The notes beneath the pieces are model-generated. The model saw only the letters and a program-made list of their open reading frames with translations. It did no database searches and was not told the DNA's origin. Below are positions 1-12,832 of a stretch of 33,000 bases of DNA, piece by piece (position 1 is the first letter of the stretch; every line of letters starts with the position of its first letter). A program made the position numbers and the translations under genes. Origin of the DNA: Oikopleura dioica. Lineage: Eukaryota; Animalia; Chordata. The DNA lies in the NCBI GenBank assembly GCA_907165135.1, contig OU015569.1, forward strand, positions 3,937,001-3,970,000. The letters are read 5' to 3'.

Positions 1-288
1 AATATATTTTGAACAAGCAGAACATTAAAAGATAGATAAATTCTAGTCTAAAAAACGTTAGGTCAAAAGAAAGTTGTATGAATTATGTCTTGAAGAAGAC
101 GTTATCAGGGTTGTGGACTTTTTTATTCTGAATAAATGGGTCGTTTGAAAGTCTACAAGCCTGAACGGTCGGGTAGAGGGCAGTCATGAAATTGAGTAAA
201 AAATTGGGTACTTTTGCTTTAGTGGAGCATCATTATACCAGTTTTTGGACGTTATTAAATTCTAATCAACTATCTGTAGCAAACAGAA

Positions 289-2456
289 TCACAGCAATTG
301 TTGCTTTTGAGATGAAGGAGTTGACTTAACTATACACGAGAGCTCGTCCGAAGACGAGTCCTGGAAGAGCTTTTCTTTCTGCGAGTTAGAGTCGTCAGTA
401 AAGAATGCTTCGAAATAAGGAATATCCCAGAGTAAGCTGGAGTACAATGATCGCGCACGCTGATCAGGTGGAGGCATTTGGAAAAAGAAGGAACTCAACA
501 ATGCAACGGTGACGCAAGTAAAGAGACCTGTCGTTGACAAGAAAATGTAGGAGATCTGGAAAGTGCTTGATGACTCTTCAGCCGAAGGAACGGATGTAGC
601 AGTGCTGAGGGGAGATTCCGGCAGTGAAGTTAAGTTGAAGCACTGCATCGTGTTCACTACAAAGAAGAGATGACCACCTCGATATGCTATTACTAACCGG
701 CTAATGGCTTGGTAAATTCGTCCGTCGGATTGTCCATTACATAGAACAAAATAGCGAGTCCAAGTCCGGCAAAATAACCAATTTTAGCGGGAGCCTTGGA
801 GATCCAGGGGCAAAACATTCCCAAAGAGAACAATCCCAAGGTCGGTCCAGCGACGATTCCGTTGACACTCATCGCAGCCTGCAGTACTGTTTCTCCAAGA
901 GCGTCAGCGCCATACGCAGCCATAATGACGAAGATACCAGCGATAAATACAATAATTCGTGACCAGACGTAAGTGTTTTGACGGATTACGCGGAAATTGC
1001 CCTTCAGCTCGTCGATAAGAACAGCACATACGCCGTTTATACCGCTAGATACAGTAGAGAGTGTGCCAGATGTGGCTGAAGCTAGGAAAAGGCCCGGGAG
1101 CCCCTTGTATTCAGCCAATTTCTGCATGACCATGTATGGCACAAGCTGGTCTTTTTGCTCGATTACCCCCGCTAAAAGATCGTTTATCAATTGCACAAAA
1201 TTAACGTAAATTACCTGCTAGAGGGTCACAACCGACATAATAGGCAAACATGATCAGTCCAGAGAAAGCGGCCGTTACGTTGATGGCAATCAGCGCAAAG
1301 GAGTTCAACCAAATAGCTTTTCGTGCAGTTCCCTCGGATTTGCAGCAGATGTATCTTTGGATGTTTGATTGGTTTGTCCCGTAAACCCCTATCAAGAGTT
1401 TATATCCTCAAATAGAATGTTTTAAGTATTACCAAGCCAAACGCCGAAGGTGGCACCGAAGACAGTAGAGAGAACGGAATGTCTGACTCGAGGGTCCATG
1501 GAAAAGTCGTTGAATGCAAGTCGGCCGTTGTCGAGCGCCGTTGAATAGATGAATTCAATGCCCATGTCTTTGCACCCTTTCCAAATTAGAGCAATGAAAC
1601 CGGCGTACATGGAAATATACTGGACAACATCCGTCCAAATTACGGCCTAGAACCAAGATTGAATGGCGTTCGGATCGTTTAACATTACCTTTATGCCGCC
1701 CAGGGAAGTGTAGACGCAACAAACAACTCCCATGATAGCGATGGCCACATTTTTCGGAACATTACACACTTTCTCGATGGCGACAGCGGGAGCATACACG
1801 ACTGAAATAGAACATATTAACAATTGAAGATGGGTAAGCACATTTTAGAACGCACAAGACGACATAGATGACGAAGGAACGTACCGATGCCAGCATAAAT
1901 GATAGCGTTGAAAGTAAACACAACAGAGAGGATAAGTTTGAATTGCCGATCAAATCGCTTCTCGATATATTGGTAAGAGCTGGTGTAGCCTTGGCGATAG
2001 AAGAAGGGCATGTAGATACGGGAAGTGATGAATGAGACGAGAAGATAAGAAACGCCGTACCAGAGAAACATTATCCCAAAGTAGTAGATTTCGGCGGGAG
2101 TGGAGATCACCGTGATTGAAGACATAAAAGAAGCTGTCAGCGACAGAGCTACTGGGAAGGCAGACATCTGAAATAGCCTTGAACCTGAGTGACACGTTTT
2201 CAGGACTTACAGAACGGTTGCCGACGAGATAGGTATCCTCATCGGAGATGGAATCGTTTTCTAATTTATTTTCTTTCTTCCTCGAATCAATCCAAGCATA
2301 GAAGAGCCCGATAAATGCCTAGAATTAATTTTTATTATAAGCTACCCAGGAATGCTCAATATTTACCGAAATTGCGAGGAGACCACTGAACACTGAGTAG
2401 TCTTCAGGTGATAGGGTGGGCAGTTCAGAAGTCAAGTCGATAATTCGTTCGCCCAT
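289..2456 (-). CDS. Sodium:solute symporter, SLC5A6/5A8/5A12 (SMVT/SMCT)-like; multi-exon
   Basis: Spliced via short GT-AG introns: MGERIIDL...DYSVFSGLLAIS|AFIGLFY...YLVGNRS|MSAFPVALSLTASFMS...PAEIY, LGGIK|AVIWTDVVQ, GTNQSNIQRYICCKS, DQLVPY, GLPGLFLA..SGTLSTVSSGIN, GPTLGLFSLG. These are SSS-family motifs. Confidence 0.93.
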
Positions 2457-2681
2457 CTCTTCTTGCGTGTATTCTCTCTAGCTCAATTGAAAGTGTCGTT
2501 CAAGTGGATAAAATTGCAAAATTGAGATGTCCCAGAGCCGAAATCCTCAGTCTATATATAAGATTTTTTAAGCGACCGGAAAATCCCATCATTTTCTCGA
2601 GATTACTACACAATACTAGATCATTCGACAATGGGCCCTATTAATACAGTAAATTCCGTTAGTTAACAGTAGTAAATGATG

Positions 2682-5042
2682 TCAGCTTAACGTGATCGTA
2701 CTCTGTTTACGCTGATCCGGAATGCTTTGTCTCTTTTCTTTCTTACGGTCATTCTGGTTCTGTCTTTTGTAGTTTGGAAAGCTCGGCATTTCTGCACACG
2801 TACAAGGCAGTGGATTCTCTTAAAAAAAGAATAACTGCTGATCTAATCTTCATTATTCAATAGCTGTAGATGAAATAAATTCCTAAATTTTTAAGTCGAT
2901 TTAAAAGTCAATAAAATACCTCTGAAGTACTGATGTTTGAGTGCCGCTGCTGCTGTAATCCTCTTTGAAGGGCAATAGGCGAGCATGTTGTTGAGTAGTC
3001 TAAATCCAGCTTCGGAATTCCACCAAGGAAATTTCGACTTCAAATTATTGTATGGCTGGACTTTCAGCGATCGACCTTTTTTGGCTCTAATTTCTTGAAA
3101 TATATTAAATTTACCAATTGGTAGAATTACTTCTAGAGGGACGTGAAAATAAAGAATCTATAAAGCATTTCCTTTTACAAGCGGAAGATCGCCATAACCA
3201 GGCCAAATAGTTTCATTAGGGCTTCCAATCGTATCTATTATCTTGTCTATAAGCTCAATCTCGTTTCGGGCGGGAAAAAGGGGGTCGTGAAGAAGAAGCT
3301 CTGACAGAACGCACCTAAACAAAATGGCATTATTCGGAGATAAAATTTAAATAGCCATTCATCGATTGTTTTCTTAAATTCGCTTTCAATACATACCCGG
3401 CCGACCAAAGATCCATAGCCGTGGTGTGAATGCTATCGCCGAATAACACTTCGGGCGCTCTATACCACAAAGTAACGACTTTTGGCGTCGATGGTTTCCG
3501 AGGAGTACCAAACGATCTTGCCAGTCCAAAATCTGCTATTTTCAGCACTCCGTCGTCTAGACCACATAAATCAATCAGGCGCATTTGCTTTTTTTACCTG
3601 TCAGAAGAAGATTTGAGACTTTAATATCCCGATGAGCGATGAACTTCGAATGCATGAATTCTAGCCCCCTCAAAACTTGAACCATCAGGCACTTTACTTG
3701 ATCTATGAGCAGGTGATCAATGTGTAATTGGGCCACGAGTTTACCTTCTAAAAACGGCTTGGACATGTGGTCGAGTAGCGATCCCAAATCGTATTGACAG
3801 TATCCCATGACGAGGAATAGACTCTCCAGTTGTTGTCCAACGGCGACTGCCTGTAGTAAGTCACAATCAAAAAGAGGCGGAAAAGAGGAGAGTTGACTTA
3901 CCCTTAGATCGACAATGTTTTCGTGCTTGAGCGAGAAAAGAAGGGAGATTTCTCTAATCGAGCTGACTGGAATTCCGTCCCGTTCTTTCTCCATTCTGAC
4001 TTTCTTCAGCGCCACGATTTCGTCGTCAGCCGTGTCTCTCGCTCTGTACACAATGCCGTAAGTTCCTTCTCCGATTCGATTTAGCTTTTCGAATTCTGTA
4101 ACTGGTCTTTTCGCTCGTGTTCCGGAAATTGTCCATAAATGTCACTCGAGTTTTGTTTTTTTCAAATTTAGACGGCGAGGACATTTCTCGACAAGTCCTA
4201 CAACGACCCATTTTGAGTCTCTCGGGGATCTCACTCTGCTCCAATGTTTTTACGTCGACAATTGGGGGCAGCTTTTTGGGCGGCTTCGAGTAGGAACGTG
4301 AGGATGACACATTCGACGCTTCATCCTCCGATTTTTTTCGACTTTGCGCGCGGCGACTGTCTACTTTGGCTTTTTAATACAGCCCTATTAATTCCAGTTG
4401 CAACTGGACCAGTGTCCACTGAGATCGATCTATTCCTGATCATCGATAATTCAAAAAAGCGTTCCTTGGTTATCTTCGTAGGAGAGATTTCTCTTCCGAT
4501 CTTTGTGAAGTGATTTTCGACGCTCATCCTGAATCAACCGTTAGCGATTACAAAAGTGCACAAGTCGTCAAGTTATTTGAACAGGCGCAAGTTTTCTGAA
4601 ATGAAACTTCTCGAAATCGGACGTTACCTTTTTGGTTTCACTCTTTTTGAGTCTTTTTTAGGCTCAATGATCAATCTCTCGTTCATTCTAACTCGTTAAA
4701 AGCAAAAAATCTGCAGAGAAGATTCTTGATTTTGATTTTTAGTTTCTGTAAACCCAAATCGCCCTGAAAATGCGAATATGCGGTTACGTCAGAAATGGGC
4801 AATAGTGAGCCGTTCCTGGAAGAATCTACTTGGATAGATTGGCCTCTTGCATCTTTCTGTACTTGACTCCGACTGGACAGGCCATGATGGGATGCTCGCC
4901 CGATGCTACTAGAGCCGTAATAAGCAGCGTTGCTTGAATTAGAGCCTGTAAGACCCTTGTAGCTCGTCTGCGCGGGCTTGTTCTTCGGCTCCCGCTTTGG
5001 GAACTGCGCCACGGGTACGTAGTTGTCGTCCCCTCTGATCAT
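2682..5042 (-). CDS. CDK10: Cyclin-dependent kinase 10; 5' exons above about 4530 uncertain
   Basis: [49 protein letters not shown] (PISSLRE-type), [54 protein letters not shown]; stop TGA at 2682-2684. The start at 5042 (MIRGDD) is tentative. Confidence 0.9.
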
Positions 5043-5892
5043 CTCCCTTCGTCTTCTCTGAGTTTTCTCTCGGCGAGGGCTAAGGGAAAATACTACGCTC
5101 AGGGAAATGTTACGCAACTGGCTGAGTTTGTGGCCCACAGGCGGGGCCAATCAGCGCAGTCTGGGATAAGCTCTCAAAATCGGAGAAAACCGGGGAAAAG
5201 AGACTTTTCGTAAGTTATAAAAGAAGAAACAATAAAGTGAAAAGAACGGCAGTTCAGAATAAGCAGGATCGCTCTCCTCGAAAAGGTACACTAATTGTCT
5301 TTTTGTAAAATAACCTCTAGGCGGGTTCAGTTATGATTTTACGAAAGAGCTTATTTCTCAATGAAAATGCATCGCTTTAAGTTTCTGCATTAGCACTAGA
5401 GCCTTCGAGAATTTTCCATTGTGCTTAGGATTTAGCCTCTTTTATTCTGCCATAAATAATAGAAAATACCCATTCACGTAAATAATTCTTCATTTTTAAG
5501 GGTAAAAGCGTTTGAAATTGGTACTTAGGATTTGGAAATTGCCCAGTGTATCGCAAGTTATTGAATCTTTCAAGGATAACTAACATCGATAGTCATCAGC
5601 ACTCGCCAAATCACAATAGGAGCGATTCTATATATTTCTCGGTTTTGAAAGCTTGAATTCGATCGAAAACGCAATTGCCAATTGATTGAGCTCTTCAATC
5701 ATTTTAATTAAAAGCAGCTTGTGAACACTTTTCACTGAAAAGTGCTCTCTCTTCTTTCCAAGCATTTTCATAAGTGCCGGGAGAGCAGTTCTTAGGTTTC
5801 GCATGTGATTGTTCTTTCTATTTCTTTACGTAAATAATTCAGCCAAACGGGACCAAGAATGAAAACTGGACTTAAAGCGAGTTGAATCGGAA

Positions 5893-8098
5893 ATGGACAC
5901 GCTGAGCCACTTTCTGCGGCGATCGTCGCGCAACCGCCGTGCAATGGCTCTTGGCAACAACAACGCCAGTGTCGAGCGCGTCTTGCAGGAAGCGAGCCTG
6001 CTTCAAGAAGCCCCATCTGCGATTTCCTCGCCCGTTTCGAGCGTGCCACCGCCGCTGCCCGATCGGCCACCAGCGACGCAACCTTCGCGACTGCGAACTT
6101 CAGCCCTTCGTCGCCGTGCCACCTTCAGAACTGAAAACGGCGATCAACGTCTTACACTACGAGATCGACGACACTTTCTTCGAACACTCGAGTCTCAGCG
6201 CTCCAGATCGAATCTTTTGGCAACAAAAAGTCATCTCTCTTCTTCTGGTAAATAAAAAAAGACGCCTTAACAACATTTTCGAACTAAATTTTTCAGTGAA
6301 GCAGACATCGCGCCTGTTCGATATTTGGAGCGAAATAATCAAAGGTGTCCAGGGCAGACATGGCAGCTTCGTTGCGTCTTATTTTTACTTTCTGAAGTCG
6401 CTCCTTCAATTCTACGCTCTCCCTTCCTTTCTATGTATATTGTTTATATATTCGCCTTACAGACGCCACGAAAATCTAACTGACGAACTCAATAATGCGA
6501 CATCAAAGAAGTTTCATTTAAAAGACCTTGTCACTGGCGAAGGATGGTTTCTCAACTCAGGTAGATTAAAAAAAGAGACTTTGCTCTCATGTTTCAATTT
6601 TAGGTCTATATTTTGGCTCATATCCCACCGATTCTGCTCTTTCGTCCTATAGCATTCCGACGGCGTATGCAACAACCATTTTGGTTATTTTTTGTATTTC
6701 AGCAGTTCGCATCTTCAATCAAGGGAGACGTCATTTTTCCCTAGCTGTCCACTATCAAATGATGTCTCAAAATGGAATCTCCAAACTTCTTCTTTCTGGG
6801 TGGGATTACTCGATCGTGGACCCTCACATGGCGAATCTCCAGAAACGTTCGAATGCACTCTTCATCAAAGAAAAGCTTGCAAAGGACTCAAGAGCTACTT
6901 CGTCGGTAGTGATTATGTGGACAAAGTCTGCATTCATCTGGATTCTTTGTTTGACCCTTGTTTTCGCTTCATGCGTCATGATTGTAATTATCGGTCGGAG
7001 ACATTATGACGACTTCTTATACGCCTGCAAATACTGGTATCGGCCGTGTCCTGAAACAGAGAAGATTCCGCTTATTATTCCCGCTCTCACATCGTTACTT
7101 TCATGTCTTCTTACTCGCCTATTCGTGGTGCTTGGAGAAATGGAGCATTTCAACAATGAACACAGAATAATCTTAACGATCACTAGAATCCTAGTCATGC
7201 GATTCGCACTGTTGACGTCGCTTATTTACGAACTGAGCGAACGGTACTCGATCAGATTTTGCGTTACCTGATTTCTTTTTTATAGATCTCAGAATGAAGA
7301 CTGCTGGGAAGATGTGATAGCACACGAACTCTACAAGTTCTTTTTCTTCGACACGATGTGCTCGTTCTTGATCAACACAATTTTCTGCGAGTGTCTAGTG
7401 TCACTAGTTCGAAAAGGATGCTCAATGAGACCTCCTGTTTTCGACGTCATTTCGAATGGAATCGAAATAGTCTTTGGCTGTTCTATTACGTTTCTAGGAA
7501 TGGCTATTCAGCCCTTTGCAGTGCAAGTTTGCACCTTTTTGTTTACTTCTATCGCGAATGCTGAATATCCTGAATGGAGGATTATATTTTTGTCCGCTCC
7601 TTCTTCTTGGGGCCGTTGGGCGCGTGTTTATCACATTTTATGTAAAGATCTTGGTTGTCAGATACGTTAGCGATGAGCCCCACGATGTTATCACCCTTGG
7701 CGCGATCTCAACGATGACCACTGTTTCCGAGACGCTGTCCTTTTGCTACTCAATAATCCTCATGATTGCTGTTGTCCTCCCGAAAAACACCTCGAACTCT
7801 TGTGGCCCGTTTAGAAATCTCGAATATCCATTGCAAATATTTTCCTCTTTGGCGAACAATGCGGCTCACATACGGTACTATTTCTTTTTCGATTCTGTAA
7901 TCATGCTCTGGTTCTAGCCAAGCATTCGACAAAACTGTTAGCATCCTGACTTCATCTGTCCTTCTCAGTCTCCTAATTCTATCGTTGTTTGGACTTATCC
8001 TAGTCGTACACACAAGAATTCGCGGTCAAAATCGCGAAGTTCATCGGCTCAAGAAAATGCTTAAGAAACGAGGGTACACAACGCAGCTCCGCAGTTAA
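5893..8098 (+). CDS. Transmembrane channel-like (TMC) family protein, compact and divergent
   Basis: IWSEIIKGVQGRHGSFVASYFYFLK, LVTGEGW, LSGWDYSI, CWEDVIAHELYK, FDVISN..ITFLG|LYFCPLL and SCGPFR match TMC signature blocks; stop TAA at 8096-8098. Confidence 0.9.
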
Positions 8099-8429
8099 TC
8101 CTGAACATTCCAATTCTCAATTCTGTAAATAACAGCCCAGCTATTCCTCTGACCTGCACTTTCTTCATTCCAATTCTCTGCACCGATATTTTTCCTGCAC
8201 TAACTGATATAAATTAAAGGACCTTCATAACAATAGATTTGAATCTTCTGTGATTTTATTTGAATAAAAGGTATGGTAAGGAATACCATACTATCAAGAA
8301 CTGTGAGTGTGTATCATCGAGTTTGTTCGAGGCGCTTTTTGTTGTTGACTTTTCGTGGGGATCTGCGGTTGAAGGGATTACAAGGATGGTTACAGAAAAA
8401 GGGATTGGGTAGAGTTTGGGAGGCATCCA

Positions 8430-9299
8430 CTATGTCTCCATCGCTTCACTTGCGCTTAATGACATGCTTGCAAAAGCATCGCATGGTCCATCTTGGGCGA
8501 CTGCTGGATTCTCAACCACTCGCAAACTATCAAAATAATCAGTTATTTCTTGTCAGACTGACAATGTCAGTTATGTAACGAGGAAAATGTGATAATCCGC
8601 ACCTTTGAGTTTCGTAGAATCCAATGCCGTTGAGAATCATGGTAAGGTCGTCGTATTTTCCGGCAGGAAGGGTGAGATACCGCCCTGAAAATAATTGTCA
8701 TTATCAATCTCTGCTGAATGTTAGCATAATTGAGAGTGACAACATAATTCACCCTGAGATTCTATCGTATCATTTTCCTAGTTGCGTTTAACCGAGTAGC
8801 TTAAATGATTAGGTATGCGCTGGAGCAGTTCATTTGAATTTTTTTTACTTTTTAGATATTCTGATCGATTTATAAGAGTCGGCTTACAGTAAGACGCTCA
8901 GAGTGTGCTCATTGTGGCAGCCACACAAAAAACAGCGGGGTCACAAGATCACGGGGGGAATTCTCCTTTTCAAAGGCGGGCTCATTGTTTTTTCTCACTA
9001 GGGTGTTGAAAAGGCGACTGTTTACGGCATGCCCTCAGAGTACATACCTTGAAAACCCAAGTTACTGTATAAAGTCCACGCTCCATTTTCGACGATGGCG
9101 GATTTCGGGCACAAACGGCGATATCCAAGGGCAGCGAAGTTATCCGTGAAGCTCTTAAATAGAAACTGAGCTTCGCCCCTTCGAAAGATTTCATCAGTGA
9201 CATCCTCTTGTTTTCTAAAGAAACAAATGTTGTCTTTACCTGTCCGTTGCCTCCAAAGTGTCGTTCGGAAAACAACTGAATTCTGCTTGGTGGTGCCAT
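8430..9299 (-). CDS. Single-domain beta/gamma-crystallin family protein (114 aa, 4 exons: 9299-9240, 9153-9048, 8684-8603, 8526-8430)
   Basis: Spliced: MAPPSRIQLFSERHFGGNGQ|SFTDNFAALGYRRLCPKSAIVENGAWTLYSNLGFQG|RYLTLPAGKYDDLTMILNGIGFYETQS|LRVVENP...MET*. Two Greek-key motifs (IxLFxxxxFxG; SxxVxxGxWxLYxxxxFxGRxxxLxxGxY...SLR). All introns are GT-AG with consistent phases. Confidence 0.88.
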
Positions 9300-10069
9300 T
9301 TTGATGTAGTCTTTCTTCAGTTAAATATTCCTCGCGCTCTCTTGGATTTGACCGAAAACAACTCTGCCTCGTCTTGTTAATAGTTAGCCGCCAGGTGCGC
9401 CGACAAAAAGTCTAACTGAATCCTCGTTACTGCGCCGGGCGTGTGTAAACTTAGTCTTCTAGAAAAACAACGTGGCGAAGCTGGTATTCCTTTGGGGGAG
9501 CCTCTCTTCTGATTTTAGCAACCACGTGCTCTTTGGCTGTCTGGTTTATGAGTTGGGCCGACCTCTGCCCCTGGAGAGGATACGCTCTCCGCTGGGAGTG
9601 CTATCAGATTGTCGTCCTCGCATGACCCATTTTGGCGATCACATGACGTTATTAAGATGCTGACTGCAAACCCTAGAACCCCCAGGTCAAGACTAATGAC
9701 GGCCGAAATCTCAGTGATTAATTTCTTCGATAAGTTTAAATGTATTTAAACTTTCAATTTCCCCAAAAGACGACCCACACGTTTCAATATCAAGGAGCGG
9801 TAATTAAAAAACAACCCGAGTGTTTTAAGTTAACACTCGTTTTCGACATCAACAACACGTTCCTTGCTCTCACTTTAAGTAATTCATTTTGGTTTCGAAG
9901 AGAGACCTTGTCTGTTTTTGAGCCATGCTTGAATATTCAAGAATCAAAAGACATATCTGTGAGTAACAACCATTTAAGATTTAACTCACTCGAGCGGTTT
10001 CTTATAAATATTACAAAAATATATTCTTAGTACATATAAAAGTAGGTTTCTGAGCAGATTGAGTTCATT

Positions 10070-12578
10070 TTACTGGATGTTGAGAACGCGATTCGGTGGA
10101 ACTTTTGCGAGTTCTAAGTAATTAGAGCAGCTCGAACTGATGCAAAACAAATTTGAACATCTCAAATCGTTGTTGCTAGTTCAAGTCTCTGTGCCAGGAA
10201 TTAATCTTAATACGTATGTACTTCGAACTTTGCCTTGAAGGTCTTTGTTGACTTCCATCGTCACGTACTGGTGCAATAGAACACGGAGTTCTTCGTTCTG
10301 TGTCTGCAAGCTTTCGTTGTCGCTGACGAGTCTGAAAGACAATTAGAAACGTCAAGTAGTGTGTATTCGGGTACTTACGAGGCGCGCTGGTTGAGACACT
10401 CAAAATAACTCTGCTGAGCTTTGTAAAGAGCGTTCCAGAGGATAAGCTTCTTATCGTTGATAATGTGAGACCTAAAAATATAAAGATTGAAGAGTTCAAA
10501 TCAATGATTTCAGTTCTCAGACATTCAAAGCTTGAGCACCGATAATGTGTATTTTTAGAAGTTTTAAGAGCCACGTCGCGACAGATTTTATTGTTCGCGA
10601 AAGAGGTTCATAAACATTTAAAATCGTTAGCAAGTGGGTTCGAATTGTTCCAATGATTTCCTACCTTTCCTCCCAGACTTCCCACTTGATGTCTCCCTTC
10701 GAATGGTTCGAGCTTGTGAGGCTAGTTTTCTTTCTCCTCAGCATCGCATTGTTGATGTAACTGAGAATGCCCTAAATTGAGAATTGATGAACGGCGTAAG
10801 AATGAGATCTAATCATGTCAAGTGCCCTATTCGCGTTAATGGTTATTTTATCTTCGGGTCAATTAAGTGGATAGCAAAAATACCTCGAGAGCATTATTTG
10901 GATCGGCTTTTTCACCGATCGCCCCGTAGTTCGTCATTTCCGCCATCAGCAGTTTGAGTTCAGACTCGTCGTCAATGTTGAGCGCGGCGAAAATCGCATC
11001 GATAAGAATAAGTCGTTTTTCTTCTGGCTTCAGCGGCTCGATAAGCTTGTTAAGCATGGCTTCAACCAGGAACGAGCACTCTGAGCAGAGCAAGTCAAAT
11101 GCCTGGTCAGCTTGCTTCTTGGGGATGCTAGTTTCCCCAGCAAGGATTTTTTAGCATACTCCATAGCAGATGGTCTATGTTGCTTGGAAGTGCTCTTGTT
11201 GTATTCGGGCATGACAAAGTCTACTCCAAGCTGCTGCTCGGAAATGATCTTGTCCGCCTGAAGCGTTCGATTCACCAATTCCATAAGTTCCTGCATGTTC
11301 ATCTCCCAGACCTCTCGGAACTTTTTGTTGTCAGCATCCTCGAAATGCTTCTTTTTCTTTTGGAAGTCGGCGTACTGTTGAAGCAGTCGTCGGTAATCTT
11401 CTCGAAGGTTGCATCCTTCTACGCGGGCTTTTTTCTCTTGCGCCTCGAGCTTTGATCGTAGACTGTTCAGCTGATCCTGCATTTTTGTCAAGCGACGCTT
11501 CTGCTGGCTGTTAGTGATCGTATTTTCGTCATCGCGTTTTTTGAGGACTTGGAAGTTATACTCGAGCTTCTCCTGGTTCAGCTGGTATGAAGCGCGCATA
11601 CTTTCAAGCTGTTGCTCCAGAACTTGCACGTCAGTTTCCAGCTTGATCTTTGTAGTGTGAAGGTCTTCAGCGTCCCGCAGACGGAGCCTGTCGATTTCTG
11701 ACTGTAAAATGTTTTTAAAGCGGAAGAGAGTCCTAAAGAGTTACCTGGAGTTCATCGCGGAGCTCGAACCTGTCTTCGAGATAGTTATTTTCGGTTTTGC
11801 TGAGATGTGCAGCCTTTTCACGCCACAAGTCAGTTGCTTCAACATCTTTGAACTGAGCGTCCAGAGCAGCGATGACTTGTTTTGCTTCGTCTCTGAAAGC
11901 CCGGTCCATCGTCCTGTACTGTTCCACCATTCGCTGTGTGATAATATCGAGATCATCGTACTGCTTCTTCAAGGTCTTGACGTACTCATCTTCGCTGCAT
12001 TTCAGCTCTCGATTCAGCTCAACTAGAAAAATCGTTAACTTTTAGACCAAGAGATTAGAATCACACCTATAAGCTGGTTTTTAGCGCTCAAGACTTCTTC
12101 GCATGCTTTGCATTGGTCAGTAAGCGCGTCCCGAAGTTCCTGAGGAACATCTCTTGCAAGCGATCCTGTCCATCTTCGGCGGATAGCCTCGAATTTCTCC
12201 AGATTAGCGTCAGCTTCATCCGCCAAGATTTTCATGCGACGCTTCTTCTCTTCGTGGACTTCTTTTCTCCTCTCGAACTCTCGCGCAACAGCTGCAATTT
12301 CAACGTTCGAGACGAGTTCAGTGCCTGCCTTTCTCAGAAGCGCGAGGCGGCCCTCCGACACTTTCATCTGGGGGTTCACATCGATTTGTTTCTTTTCCTC
12401 CTCGCTGAAAAGACGCGTATATTTTTTCGGAAAATAAGAAAACTTACATGACCAAGTCGGGCTGCTCCTTTGCTCGGACTCTCTGCTTGATTCTGTCCCG
12501 ACGCTCTTGCATTCTCTTCTCTTTCTCTTCTTGCTCTGTTCCCACCACCCCATCGTCATTGCGAAGTCCGGAAAACAT
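10070..12578 (-). CDS. DRC1: Dynein regulatory complex subunit 1 (CCDC164)
   Basis: TTTTCAG|A-ATG start; KRMQERRDRIKQR, DVPQELRDAL, EYVKTLKKQ, KIKLETDVQVLEQQLESMRASYQLNQEKLEYNFQVLKKRDDEN, LLCSECSFLVE..IDAIFAAL; C-terminus LRVLLHQYVTMEVNKDLQVPP. Confidence 0.95.
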
Positions 12579-12603
12579 TCTGAAAACGCAAATTCCACTC
12601 GCG

Positions 12604-12617
12604 GTCCCTCGAGATAC
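12604..12617. promoter_or_regulatory. Candidate X-box (RFX site) upstream of DRC1
   Basis: GTCCCT-CG-AGATAC, a quasi-palindromic 14-mer 26-39 nt upstream of the DRC1 ATG, resembling the GTNNCY-NN-RGNDAC X-box. Confidence 0.35.
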
Positions 12618-12832
12618 CCTTCGCTAAAATCTATTTCATAGTCAATAAATCACTGTCCAGATTTGTCTCCTATCACTCTCAGATTCTGACTCATTCTCTC
12701 TTTCTCTGCGTACTTAGACAAAGTGTGCTCTCAGCAGAGATCAAACTTTGCTTTGTTGACAAAAGAGGCCCAGTAAAACTTTTCAGACGATGATCACGAG
12801 AAATTAAACGATTTGAAAAAACGGGCTTTATC

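Noticed and set aside
3575-4051. Apparent kinase inserts VSQLSSF..LLQ and GKLVAQ..LLI in the CDK10 ORF
   Set aside because: These are stop-free, in-frame GT-AG introns of 51 and 42 nt, not protein insertions.
5939-6250. N-terminus MQWLLATT.. of the 237-aa ORF as the TMC start
   Set aside because: It is a shadow frame. The 5893 frame splices in phase (TCT G|gtaaat..ttcag|TG) into the TMC block.
8982-9299. 105-aa ORF as a stand-alone gene
   Set aside because: Only its first 20 codons are coding; the crystallin continues in another frame after splicing.
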